Assembly (NCBI GenBank): GCA_029547225.1
Contig: JAKPPS010000024.1
Location: 893-64,892, forward strand
Source: a bacterium
GTDB lineage: Bacteria > Patescibacteriota > Dojkabacteria > SC72 > WJKH01
Direction: 5' to 3'
Length of the DNA stretch: 64,000 nt
A program made the translations under genes and the position numbers. Positions 36,141 through 44,828 of the stretch are shown piece after piece. Numbering within the stretch: the stretch's first letter is position 1; the number at the start of each line of letters is the position of its first letter. Below the pieces are notes generated by a model. That model saw only the letters and a list, made by a program, of their open reading frames with translations, did not search any database and had not been told where the DNA came from.

Positions 36141-38447
36141 ATGTCGCTAAATATTATTGGTTATTTGACATTAATAATTATTATCCTAAATTTTATTCTT
36201 TTATTTGCTGTTCTCTTTTTTAGCCATAAGAAAATAAACTGGGCATATGTGTTTGTTGTTGTATCTATAAACTTATGGTCTTTATCAACATATTTTTATA
36301 ATTCTCCTAGCTTTTTGTCAGCTGAAATTTGGCTTAAAATTGTATATATTACATCATATTTGATGTCAATTTCTAATGCATTTTTTGTTTACACGTTCCC
36401 TAGCCGAGTGAATATCCCATTTTGGAAGTATATTATTCCAATTATTCTTACAATTATTCCATCCATAGTATTTTTACTAAATACTGATTATGTGATTATG
36501 GGTGTTACCCATGTTGAAGGTACTTTTACTTCTATTGCACAGATGGGTTGGGGATATATTGTATATATTATTCCTAATGTTCTAGCACTCTTATTTTTAT
36601 CTATTTACCTATTTCGTAAGTCAACACGCTATTTGGGCTATGAGAAGGCTCAATTACAATGGTACTTGGTTGGTGCGTTACTTATGTTTGTACCAATAGT
36701 AATTATTGATTATCTTTTTCCAATTTTCTTAAATGTTACCTCTCTATATAAATATGGACCACTTTTTGGAATATTTTTTACTGTCTCTATAGCTTATTCT
36801 ATGATTAAAAATAGATTTCTGGCCATTAAGTCAGTTATTGGAAAGACTTTTGCTCTTTTTCTTGTCTCCTTAATTAATTTATTGATACTGTTACTTTTCT
36901 ATTATGTATTCCGAAATTATGGATTTGGAACAAGCCTTAGAGATTTGCTAGTGTTTCTTGTCCTTTTTGCACTTCTTTTTTCTCTTTCAAATATATATCT
37001 TACTGGTAAGGTAAGTACTTGGATAAAACGAGTTTATATCAATTCTAAAATTGATCCTGAAGTTGAATACAATAATTTTACTCGTGAGATCGGTACTAAA
37101 TTGCTGATTAAGGATGTTACAGAAAGTATTTTTTCGATTGTCGATAAACTGCTAAAAATAAAGACGATAGGACTTTTTCTTACTGACGAGACAAATGACG
37201 TAATTCAATATAAAAACGTTAGAGATATTGAAGCAATTAGTAATAGGGATATTGAAGGAATTATTAAAATATGGCCAAGCACATTTAATAATCGCGTAAT
37301 AATACTGGAAGAACTTGAAAATATACCACAAGATCAAATAACTATACATCCTAATCTTCATAAGCGAATTATTACTTTTATGAAATATAATAATATATCA
37401 ATTTTGATACCAATTTCTAAAGGTGACAAATTAATAGGATTACTTATGATAGGTTTTAGAGAAGATTTTAGATCGATCACCGAAGAAGAGTCAAAAATTC
37501 TATTAAATATTCTCAATGCATCAAGTTTAGCCCTGTCTAGATCTCTGTTGTATGACAAAGTAAATAATTTTAACGCTGATTTACAAAACAAAATTAATAT
37601 ATCTACTCGTGAATTACAAGATAAAATTCTTTTACTTGAAGAAGCTCGTAGAAAGGAAAACGACATGATAGATATTCTTGGTCATGAATTGCGAACTCCG
37701 GCAACAGTTGTCAGAATAAATGCTGAGATGATAACAACCTGGATTAAGCAAAATATTAATAAATCCGATATAGAAAGTTTTTCAAAACTTGAGAAATATC
37801 TTCATCGAATATCAAATAGCATAGATAATGAAATTAAAATTATTAATAGACTCCTTGCTTCGGCAAAACTAACTGGTAATCGCTTAGAACTGAATCGAAC
37901 TCCAGTAAATGTTATTAGTGCCATTGAGCTAGCAATTGATGGGCATATGGAAGATGCTAATGATAAAAATCTTGATATAAAGTTTAATAAACCAGACAAT
38001 GATAAATCGTTTCCTTTGGCATTCGCTGATAAAGCAAGATTTCAGGAAATAGTTGATAATTTATTAAATAATTCTATTAAATATACTGATAAAGGAGGTG
38101 TAGATATTTCACTGAATAATGATGAAAAATATATTATGATTACTTTTTCTGATACAGGAATAGGTATACCAAAAGATAAATTGGATCAATTGGGAACGAA
38201 GTTTTTTAGACTTGATCAATATACTAACGAAAGCAAAGAAGTTCAGTTAGTAAGACCTGGCGGTACGGGTTTAGGTCTATATGTGGTTTTTGGACTAGTA
38301 GAAGCCCATGGTGGAAAAATTGAAGTTAAGAGTGAAGTTGGAAAGGGTACGAAGTTTACAATTTCAATTCCAATTGCAAAGAACCAGCAAGAGGATATAA
38401 AAGATCTTAGTCTAAAAGGTAATCTCTTCGATAAAATACAGGAATAG
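36141..38447 (+). CDS. multi-TM sensor histidine kinase
   Basis: About 8 N-terminal TM helices, a GAF-like segment and a coiled coil. H-box ILGHELRTPAT, N-box LLNNSIKYT, G1 DTGIGIP and G2 GGTGLGLYVV. Confidence 0.9.
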   Translation: MSLNIIGYLTLIIIILNFILLFAVLFFSHKKINWAYVFVVVSINLWSLSTYFYNSPSFLSAEIWLKIVYITSYLMSISNAFFVYTFPSRVNIPFWKYIIPIILTIIPSIVFLLNTDYVIMGVTHVEGTFTSIAQMGWGYIVYIIPNVLALLFLSIYLFRKSTRYLGYEKAQLQWYLVGALLMFVPIVIIDYLFPIFLNVTSLYKYGPLFGIFFTVSIAYSMIKNRFLAIKSVIGKTFALFLVSLINLLILLLFYYVFRNYGFGTSLRDLLVFLVLFALLFSLSNIYLTGKVSTWIKRVYINSKIDPEVEYNNFTREIGTKLLIKDVTESIFSIVDKLLKIKTIGLFLTDETNDVIQYKNVRDIEAISNRDIEGIIKIWPSTFNNRVIILEELENIPQDQITIHPNLHKRIITFMKYNNISILIPISKGDKLIGLLMIGFREDFRSITEEESKILLNILNASSLALSRSLLYDKVNNFNADLQNKINISTRELQDKILLLEEARRKENDMIDILGHELRTPATVVRINAEMITTWIKQNINKSDIESFSKLEKYLHRISNSIDNEIKIINRLLASAKLTGNRLELNRTPVNVISAIELAIDGHMEDANDKNLDIKFNKPDNDKSFPLAFADKARFQEIVDNLLNNSIKYTDKGGVDISLNNDEKYIMITFSDTGIGIPKDKLDQLGTKFFRLDQYTNESKEVQLVRPGGTGLGLYVVFGLVEAHGGKIEVKSEVGKGTKFTISIPIAKNQQEDIKDLSLKGNLFDKIQE

Positions 38448-38483
38448 CATAATTAATATTGAATACCACTTTATTAATTCTAG

Positions 38484-39098
38484 TTATTGTTGATCGATTT
38501 GATTCATTACACCTCGTACTTTAGAAGACCACTCTTGAGGTGTATCAGGGTTATATTTATTTGCCATCTTTTCAGGTGTAGTCATACCTAAATCCCAATA
38601 CCATTCTTTTATACCGCTAGATACAGTGTCGATCGCATCTTTCCAACTGTTAAAAGCATAACATTTTCGACCACCCCAACCCCACGCGTTATAGCTGTTA
38701 CAAGTAGTTTTCCCACCACCTGATTCAACTATTGATATTGCAGGAACAAGGCGATAGTCAATATTAAGTTCCTGAGCTCTGCGTACAAAATATTCTGATT
38801 GCGAAGCCAATGGAGAATTGTAGTATTCAAATGTTTTACGAAGTTTTGTAACCTTTGTTTGATCAACCGAATAATACCAATAAAGCTTATTTAAATCGTC
38901 CAAAAGATTAGAATCGTTCTTGGCATTATTGTTTGTAGTACGCTTGTTATAAACTATGGATGTCCGATCCTGAGCTAATATCTTTGGTGAGGCTTTGTAT
39001 TGACCAAGTGCTCCAGAAAGCATTATACCTGCGAAAAGAACAGTACATATTAATAATAAGTAATTTCGTTTTTTTACTATGTTTACATGTCGATTCAT
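38484..39098 (-). CDS. secreted glucosaminidase/FlgJ-like peptidoglycan hydrolase candidate
   Basis: Signal/TM helix, then VPAISIVESGGGKT...YNAWGWGG...FNSWKDAIDTV. Paralogous to 48410..49102. Confidence 0.45.
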   Translation of the reverse strand: MNRHVNIVKKRNYLLLICTVLFAGIMLSGALGQYKASPKILAQDRTSIVYNKRTTNNNAKNDSNLLDDLNKLYWYYSVDQTKVTKLRKTFEYYNSPLASQSEYFVRRAQELNIDYRLVPAISIVESGGGKTTCNSYNAWGWGGRKCYAFNSWKDAIDTVSSGIKEWYWDLGMTTPEKMANKYNPDTPQEWSSKVRGVMNQIDQQ

Positions 39099-39296
39099 TA
39101 GAATTTACTTTTACACAGAATAATAATAATTTTGTAGTATATCCTTTTATTATACCATTTTTCTGCATAATTCTGAAGAGAATACAGTTGTTTTAATTTC
39201 TATTTAAATGATTATTTGGTATTATAAGGGATATATTTCGAAAATAAACATAAGGATTTATAGAAAAAATAACTCGTTTAGATATAATATACGTAT

Positions 39297-39932
39297 ATGA
39301 TAGAGCAAATAATAAATTTTCTTGTTTCATTAATTCAGACGGTCGGTTATCCAGGAGTTGCTCTAGCTATGGCGTTAGAAAGTTTTTTTGCGCCAATACC
39401 TAGCGAGTTGATAATGCCGTTTGCAGGATTTGTTGCATCGCAGGGTAATATGAATATTTATCTAGTTTGCTTAATTGGAGGTCTTTCAGGTTTTATCGGC
39501 ACTCTACCATTTTTCTACTTAGGACATGTGGGCAATAAGGAATTTATATCGAAGTTAGTAGTTAAATACGGAAAATATTTATTTATAAGGCAGGCTGATG
39601 TAGATAAGGCATATTTTCTTTTTGAAAAGAGAGGGAAAATCATTGTCTTTTTTGCCCGATTAATCCCAATAGTACGATCAATTATATCTATACCAGCAGG
39701 TATGGCTAAAATGAATTTTGGCATTTTCGCAATATATTCTATAGCAGGTTCATTATTATGGAGTTCGATTCTTGGAGTTGCAGGTTATTATTTAGGCTCA
39801 AATTGGGTATTGATTAGTGAAATTATTTCAAAATACGAAAAAATTATCTTAGTAATTATAATTTTGTGTATTGTGATCTTTGTTGTGTATCAGATTTATA
39901 GATTCCGAAAGGAAAAGATATCTAGCAAATAA
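39297..39932 (+). CDS. DedA-family membrane protein
   Basis: GYPGVALAMALESFFAPIPSELIMPFAG and RLIPIVRSIISIPAG motifs. Confidence 0.85.
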   Translation: MIEQIINFLVSLIQTVGYPGVALAMALESFFAPIPSELIMPFAGFVASQGNMNIYLVCLIGGLSGFIGTLPFFYLGHVGNKEFISKLVVKYGKYLFIRQADVDKAYFLFEKRGKIIVFFARLIPIVRSIISIPAGMAKMNFGIFAIYSIAGSLLWSSILGVAGYYLGSNWVLISEIISKYEKIILVIIILCIVIFVVYQIYRFRKEKISSK

Positions 39933-39956
39933 CAATATTTATCAGTTATGTTTTCT

Positions 39957-40123
39957 ATGTATCCGAGCAAATGTCGCTCGCGACCTCTATCCATCACCAT
40001 CCATGAGCATATTTTCAAGAAGAGCTCAAATATGGAAGATGTGTAAACGGTGATTTTGAAAATCAACGATTGGGTAGTCATGGTACGAGCTAATTAAGTT
40101 GGTAAAACGGTAGGTGGCATACT
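39957..40123 (+). repeat. copy B (full length) of the conserved four-box structured element
   Basis: ATGTATCCGAGCAAAT (39957), CCATCACCATCCATG (39991), GGGTAGTCATGG (40072) and GGTAGGTGGCATAC (40109). It fills the convergent dedA/gpmI intergenic region. Confidence 0.6.
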
Positions 40124-40142
40124 ATAAATAAAACAAATATTA

Positions 40143-41681
40143 TTAGAATAATGCTTGTCCTGTCATAACATCCGGAGCACTAAATCCAGCAAGCTTAAGT
40201 ATCGTTGGAGCGATGTCGCAAAGTGAGCCGTATTTTAGCGTCTGTATGTTAAGCTTATCTCCACAGATTAAAAAAGGAACATCATTTTGAGAGTGCTCTG
40301 TGTCCATTTCGCCAGTATTAAGATTTAGTAATCCCTCTGCGTTGCCGTGATCCGAAGTAATGAGTGTAACCCCTCCTCGTGCTGTAAAATTTGCGACTAG
40401 TTTATTTACACAATAATCTACCGTATTTATTGATTTTATCGTAGCTTCAAGATTTCCTGTGTGAGCAACCATATCACCATTAGCAAAATTTACTGCTATG
40501 AATTTATAATAATCGTTTTGAATTCGGTCTATGATGGCTTCAGTAATCGCTGTAGCACTCATCTCAGGCTTCATATCGTATGTCGGTACATTGGGAGATG
40601 GTATTTCTATGCGATCTTCTCCTTGGTGGATAATCGATAGACCTCCATTTAAAAAATAAGTAACATGAGGAAATTTTTCTGATTCGGCAATCCTTAGTTG
40701 ACGAAAACCATAGTCGGAAATTACTCTGCCGATTGGTAGAGAGATATATTCTTTAGGGAATAACACATTTTGCGGTAAATTCTTTTGGTATTCCACCATA
40801 GAAATAAAAAGAAGATTATTAATTTGTTTTCGTGGAAAACCATTAAACTCTGGATCAACAAAAGCTTTTGTAATTTGTATTGCGCGATCAGGCCTGAAAT
40901 TAAGAAATATGAATGCATCGTTATCTTTAATACCAGAGAAACCAGATTTATCGATTACGGCAGGTTCGAAATACTCATCAGTAATATTGTTATTATACTG
41001 ACTATCAATGTATTGAATGTAATCGTTATTGTGCGAGCCTTGAGCATTTACAAGTAAATCATAATATTTAGAAGTTCTGTCCCAATTCTCATTTCTATCC
41101 ATTGCGTAGGCACGTCCACAGATTGTAGCAATCGTGATGTTCGGAGAATTTGCAATTTTGCTCTCCAAAAGATTGATGTAGTTCAAAAAAGATTTAGGAG
41201 ATACATCTCGCCCATCAGATATCGCATGAATATAAACTTTTTGCTGAATGTTATTTCTAACGATTACATCGATTGTTGCCATTAAATGATTAATATGAGA
41301 ATGTACTGCACCATCACTTAAACATATCGCGATATGAAGTGCGCTGTTGGTATCCCGAATATGTTCAAAAGAGCTAAGAAGTGTTGCATTTTGGAAATAT
41401 TCTCCTTTATTAATTGCCTTATTGATTCTAGGAAGATTTTGATAAATTACCTTTCCAGCTCCGATATTCATGTGTCCAACCTCACTATTGCCATTTGTAT
41501 TAGCAGGTAATCCAACAGCCTCACTTGAAGCCTTAAGATAAGTGTGCGGGGATGAATTCCATAGGCGGATTAGATTAGATGGGCGAGCCATAGCTATAGC
41601 ATTTCCTTGAGATTTTGGCGCAACACCAAAGCCATCCATGATTATTAACATGATCGGTCTTTGCATTACTTGATTAAGCAT
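40143..41681 (-). CDS. gpmI: 2,3-bisphosphoglycerate-independent phosphoglycerate mutase
   Basis: LIIMDGFG, NSEVGHMNIGAG, RPDRA and TSDHGNAE motifs; 512 aa. Confidence 0.93.
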   Translation of the reverse strand: MLNQVMQRPIMLIIMDGFGVAPKSQGNAIAMARPSNLIRLWNSSPHTYLKASSEAVGLPANTNGNSEVGHMNIGAGKVIYQNLPRINKAINKGEYFQNATLLSSFEHIRDTNSALHIAICLSDGAVHSHINHLMATIDVIVRNNIQQKVYIHAISDGRDVSPKSFLNYINLLESKIANSPNITIATICGRAYAMDRNENWDRTSKYYDLLVNAQGSHNNDYIQYIDSQYNNNITDEYFEPAVIDKSGFSGIKDNDAFIFLNFRPDRAIQITKAFVDPEFNGFPRKQINNLLFISMVEYQKNLPQNVLFPKEYISLPIGRVISDYGFRQLRIAESEKFPHVTYFLNGGLSIIHQGEDRIEIPSPNVPTYDMKPEMSATAITEAIIDRIQNDYYKFIAVNFANGDMVAHTGNLEATIKSINTVDYCVNKLVANFTARGGVTLITSDHGNAEGLLNLNTGEMDTEHSQNDVPFLICGDKLNIQTLKYGSLCDIAPTILKLAGFSAPDVMTGQALF

Positions 41682-41766
41682 AGTATAATCTACACGAAAT
41701 TCTGGATTTTTTCAAAGATTTCCTATATAATCACAGAGCAAACTAACTTTATAGTATTTACACAAT

Positions 41767-42288
41767 ATGGATAGAAAAATATTTGACAAAATCGAAGCTG
41801 ATCAAATGAAGAAACGACCTGAAGTAAAAGTCGGTGATACAGTTAAACTTTCAATGAAAATCAAAGAAGGTAATAAAGAACGAACTCAGATTTTTGAAGG
41901 CGTTGTTATCGCTAAAAGTGGTACAGGTCTAAATACTACAATTACAGTTCGAAAAATATCTTACGGTATTGGTGTAGAGAGGATAATCCCTTTGCATACT
42001 CCTACAATGCAAAAGATAGAAGTAGTTAAAAGAGGTAACACAAAGCGTGCAAAACTCTTTTACATGCGTGAGAAGATCGGTAAGAGAGCTCTTGATGTTT
42101 CTGGCTCTTCATCTGTTTATTTTACTGATGAAGCCGACGAAGTTATAGAGGAAGCAAAAACAGAGGATGTTACTTCCGCCGAGAATACTGAAGCTACCGA
42201 AAATACAGAAAACACAAATACAGAAGAAAATAATTCTTCAGAAACAAAAGATCAAGCCGAAGAAAAAGATAAACCTACTGAAAACTAA
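41767..42288 (+). CDS. rplS: 50S ribosomal protein L19 with an acidic C-terminal extension
   Basis: The VKVGDTVKL..KIKEGNKERTQIFEGVVIAK...ITVRKISYGIGVERI.PLH.P core is followed by an E/T/N-rich tail of about 55 aa. Confidence 0.92.
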   Translation: MDRKIFDKIEADQMKKRPEVKVGDTVKLSMKIKEGNKERTQIFEGVVIAKSGTGLNTTITVRKISYGIGVERIIPLHTPTMQKIEVVKRGNTKRAKLFYMREKIGKRALDVSGSSSVYFTDEADEVIEEAKTEDVTSAENTEATENTENTNTEENNSSETKDQAEEKDKPTEN

Positions 42289-42328
42289 GAATAATTAATT
42301 ATTTAGCTCGTTTTTTTGTCTCGTTATT

Positions 42329-42402
42329 GCGGGAGTAGTTCAATTGGTTAGAATAACTCTCTTCCAAAGAGTAGGTTGCGGGTTCGAGACCCGTCTCCCG
42401 CT
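42329..42402 (+). tRNA. tRNA-Gly (anticodon UCC)
   Basis: Acceptor GCGGGAG/CTCCCGC, anticodon stem ACTCT/AGAGT with loop CTTCCAA, T arm GCGGG-TTCGAGA-CCCGT. Confidence 0.92.
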
Positions 42403-42464
42403 TATTCTTCATTATGTAATAATATATTTCTGCCGTGTAAAAGATTGTAATATGCTCAGTGCAT

Positions 42465-42515
42465 GGGTAGTCATGGATATTAATTTTTGGAACGCAATTA
42501 GGTTGGTGGCATACC
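42465..42515 (+). repeat. copy C (3' module only) of the conserved structured element
   Basis: GGGTAGTCATGG, 24 nt, then GGTTGGTGGCATACC. 44 of 51 positions are identical to the reverse complement of 21118..21168 by my hand alignment. Confidence 0.55.
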
Positions 42516-42591
42516 ATGTAATATAGTTTTAAATGATCTCACGAAATTGAATGCTATTGTTTATGGCAATGATTTTTGATAGGATATTATT

Positions 42592-43611
42592 ATGCAAGAT
42601 ATCTATCCGCCTTCAGTTCAAAATAATTCAAATAGCAACGATGATATTTCCACTAGCAATTCGGTAACTTCTAGCTCTATTTCAAGTCCTAATAACGCCT
42701 CTAATGATAACTTATCCGTCAGCAATTCTTCTTCTAATTCAAATACCGCATCAGGTAATATTAGCTCTATGAGCCAATCAAGTAATAATCCAAAAATGTT
42801 TTCTAGTATTGGGGATAAAAGTACCACGCAAAATGTAAGCTTACCTAGTTTTCCTTTAAATAACGCCGGTTTGAATGGTAGTGGTTCTCGTCAATACTCA
42901 CCTTTAACATCCAGTAGCAGTAATACTCCTCGTCCGATTTCTTCACCAACATCTTATGGACCGAGTACTAAATTTGGTTCTACAATTAACGATGATCCTT
43001 TTGCCCAGTGGGATAATGATACCGATGATAGCTTTGGCGGAGGGTGGGGTGCTCCTCCAAGTTTTTCTCGTGGTGGTAAATCGAACGTACGTCTTTCACC
43101 GGAAGAGCGTGTTCAAATGATTGAAAGATTATTTCAAGAGATACTTGGTCGTAAGGCTGAAACAAAAGATATAAACTATTACAAGTTTAGCACTCTTAGT
43201 GAGGATGAAATCCGTAAGCAATTAATTACAGGTAAAGAGCATAAAGAATTACTAGCTAATGGAAACGAATTTAAACCCTTAAAGGAAAGATGTGATGATG
43301 CAGAAAATCGTGTCCGGATGCTTGAAGCGCAGATTAAAGATCAGATTATTGAATTTCAGAAGCTTGCTGAATTATTAAAATCAAAAAATCGATATATCCA
43401 AGAATTGCGTCAACAAGCTAATAATCCTTATAATATCCCAGAAAATACTGTACGCACGGCTCAGTACTATAATCGACAAAACCAGCAAGCCTATTACGGT
43501 ACAAACAGTAAAGATGATAATTCTGATGATGTATCAAAAAATAAGACCGATGCAAAAGATAAGAAGTCTTATTCTATTTTGGATAGGATCGGCTCAATAC
43601 TCGGTGATTAA
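42592..43611 (+). CDS. hypothetical protein with a Ser/Asn-rich low-complexity N-terminal half and a possible DUF4214-like segment plus coiled coil
   Basis: The first ~170 aa are dominated by S, N and P. Then ERVQMIERLFQEILGRKAETKDINYY resembles the DUF4214 LYxxxLGRxxD pattern. Confidence 0.35.
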   Translation: MQDIYPPSVQNNSNSNDDISTSNSVTSSSISSPNNASNDNLSVSNSSSNSNTASGNISSMSQSSNNPKMFSSIGDKSTTQNVSLPSFPLNNAGLNGSGSRQYSPLTSSSSNTPRPISSPTSYGPSTKFGSTINDDPFAQWDNDTDDSFGGGWGAPPSFSRGGKSNVRLSPEERVQMIERLFQEILGRKAETKDINYYKFSTLSEDEIRKQLITGKEHKELLANGNEFKPLKERCDDAENRVRMLEAQIKDQIIEFQKLAELLKSKNRYIQELRQQANNPYNIPENTVRTAQYYNRQNQQAYYGTNSKDDNSDDVSKNKTDAKDKKSYSILDRIGSILGD

Positions 43612-43703
43612 TTCACAATATAAAAATACTTTACTGGTAAAGCTCATTTTAATACTCCTCATTATGCTAGTGCAATTGATGACAAAATATGGTATAATTA
43701 AGT

Positions 43704-44051
43704 ATGTATGAGTATATTGGAGATAGAATAAGAAGAGCTAGGGAGACCCACGGTGTTTCTCAAAAAGCATTAGGTTTATCATTAGGTTTATCTGATAAAG
43801 CAATCAGTGCTTATGAAAGTGGTAGAATATTACCACCTATTGAGACTCTTTTTAAGATTGCAAAAGAACTAGATAAGCCTTTTTCATATTTTATTGCAGA
43901 AGTTGCTGATGAAGCATCTTTATACGATCGAATAGATAGAACTGAAAAAATGGTTGAGGAATTGATCACAGAGATTAAATCTGTTAAGAATCTCCTTCTT
44001 ACTACTAAAACTGTAGCTGGTGATGTTGTTCCTCCTAGTAAACCAATATAG
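43704..44051 (+). CDS. XRE-family helix-turn-helix transcriptional regulator
   Basis: IRRARETHGVSQKALGLSLGLSDKAISAYESGRILPPIETLFKIAKELD is a canonical Cro/C1 HTH. Confidence 0.85.
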   Translation: MYEYIGDRIRRARETHGVSQKALGLSLGLSDKAISAYESGRILPPIETLFKIAKELDKPFSYFIAEVADEASLYDRIDRTEKMVEELITEIKSVKNLLLTTKTVAGDVVPPSKPI

Positions 44052-44053
44052 TA

Positions 44054-44821
44054 TTATTCAGTATTGAATTCAATTTCAGATAGCGCATTCTCAATTCTGT
44101 TGATTTCGTCTAGTAAATAATTAGGGCAAAGGCTCTGATATTCTTCGAATGATTTATCACGCAAGTCTGAGATTGTAGTCGCTTGCTTCTCTAAACTGTT
44201 TTTAATCAATGTGGAATTGACAGCATCTTGCATTGAAATATAGTCGTTATATATTTTTAAATCATTAAAAAAAACTTTTTCTGCTGCAAGATATTCCTTT
44301 GTAACATTAAGGCAATTAAAATCTCTATCATAGTTATTGATCGAATCGATTTGATAGTTAATCTTTTCAATACATTTGTTTAAATCTTCGTCGGTCTTTT
44401 GATTATTATTGATGTCGTAGTCTTTATAGCATATGTTTGACTCATTTAGAGCAATTTCGTATTGATTTTTAAATTCAAAATATATTTCATAATTTTGTTT
44501 AGCATATAGTAGCTCAAGGTTAAGCTTGTCAAACATAACTATATTATTATCCATCATGAAGCCTTTAGAATCCGATAACTTTTCGTCTATTCTAATTATT
44601 TTCTCATAACGCTCAATATCTGATGAAAGTCCTAAATCACTATACTCCGATAATAACAAGTGGTTTCTGTAAATAATCAGAAATTGCGAATATCCATCAA
44701 ATACTGCGGATAGTAGAGTTAAAGATAGTATTAGAGCGATAATAATGCTTATTATGGTATATAATCTCTTAATCTTGTATGTTTGCTTTGCTGTGTTCAT
44801 ACTAGTACATATACTATGCAA
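44054..44821 (-). CDS. hypothetical membrane-anchored protein
   Basis: One N-terminal TM helix (LYTIISIIIALILSLTLLSAVF) with a helical, Asn/Asp-rich remainder. It is the last gene of the minus-strand run 49102..44054. Confidence 0.4.
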   Translation of the reverse strand: MHSICTSMNTAKQTYKIKRLYTIISIIIALILSLTLLSAVFDGYSQFLIIYRNHLLLSEYSDLGLSSDIERYEKIIRIDEKLSDSKGFMMDNNIVMFDKLNLELLYAKQNYEIYFEFKNQYEIALNESNICYKDYDINNNQKTDEDLNKCIEKINYQIDSINNYDRDFNCLNVTKEYLAAEKVFFNDLKIYNDYISMQDAVNSTLIKNSLEKQATTISDLRDKSFEEYQSLCPNYLLDEINRIENALSEIEFNTE

Positions 44822-44828
44822 ACCTAAT

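Noticed and set aside
39896-40081. 61-aa ORF. Also a possible conserved small peptide beginning MTT(R/Q/H), encoded from the CCATGACTACCC box in all three repeat copies.
   Set aside because: Only the first three codons are shared. The peptide lengths are 21, 61 and 20 aa with unrelated sequences, there is no Shine-Dalgarno sequence, and the conservation is at nucleotide-box level. An RNA or DNA element is the better explanation.
42299-42526. Two overlapping track ORFs (72 aa on the minus strand, 60 aa on the plus strand).
   Set aside because: They cover tRNA-Gly(UCC) and repeat copy C, so they are not credible coding regions.
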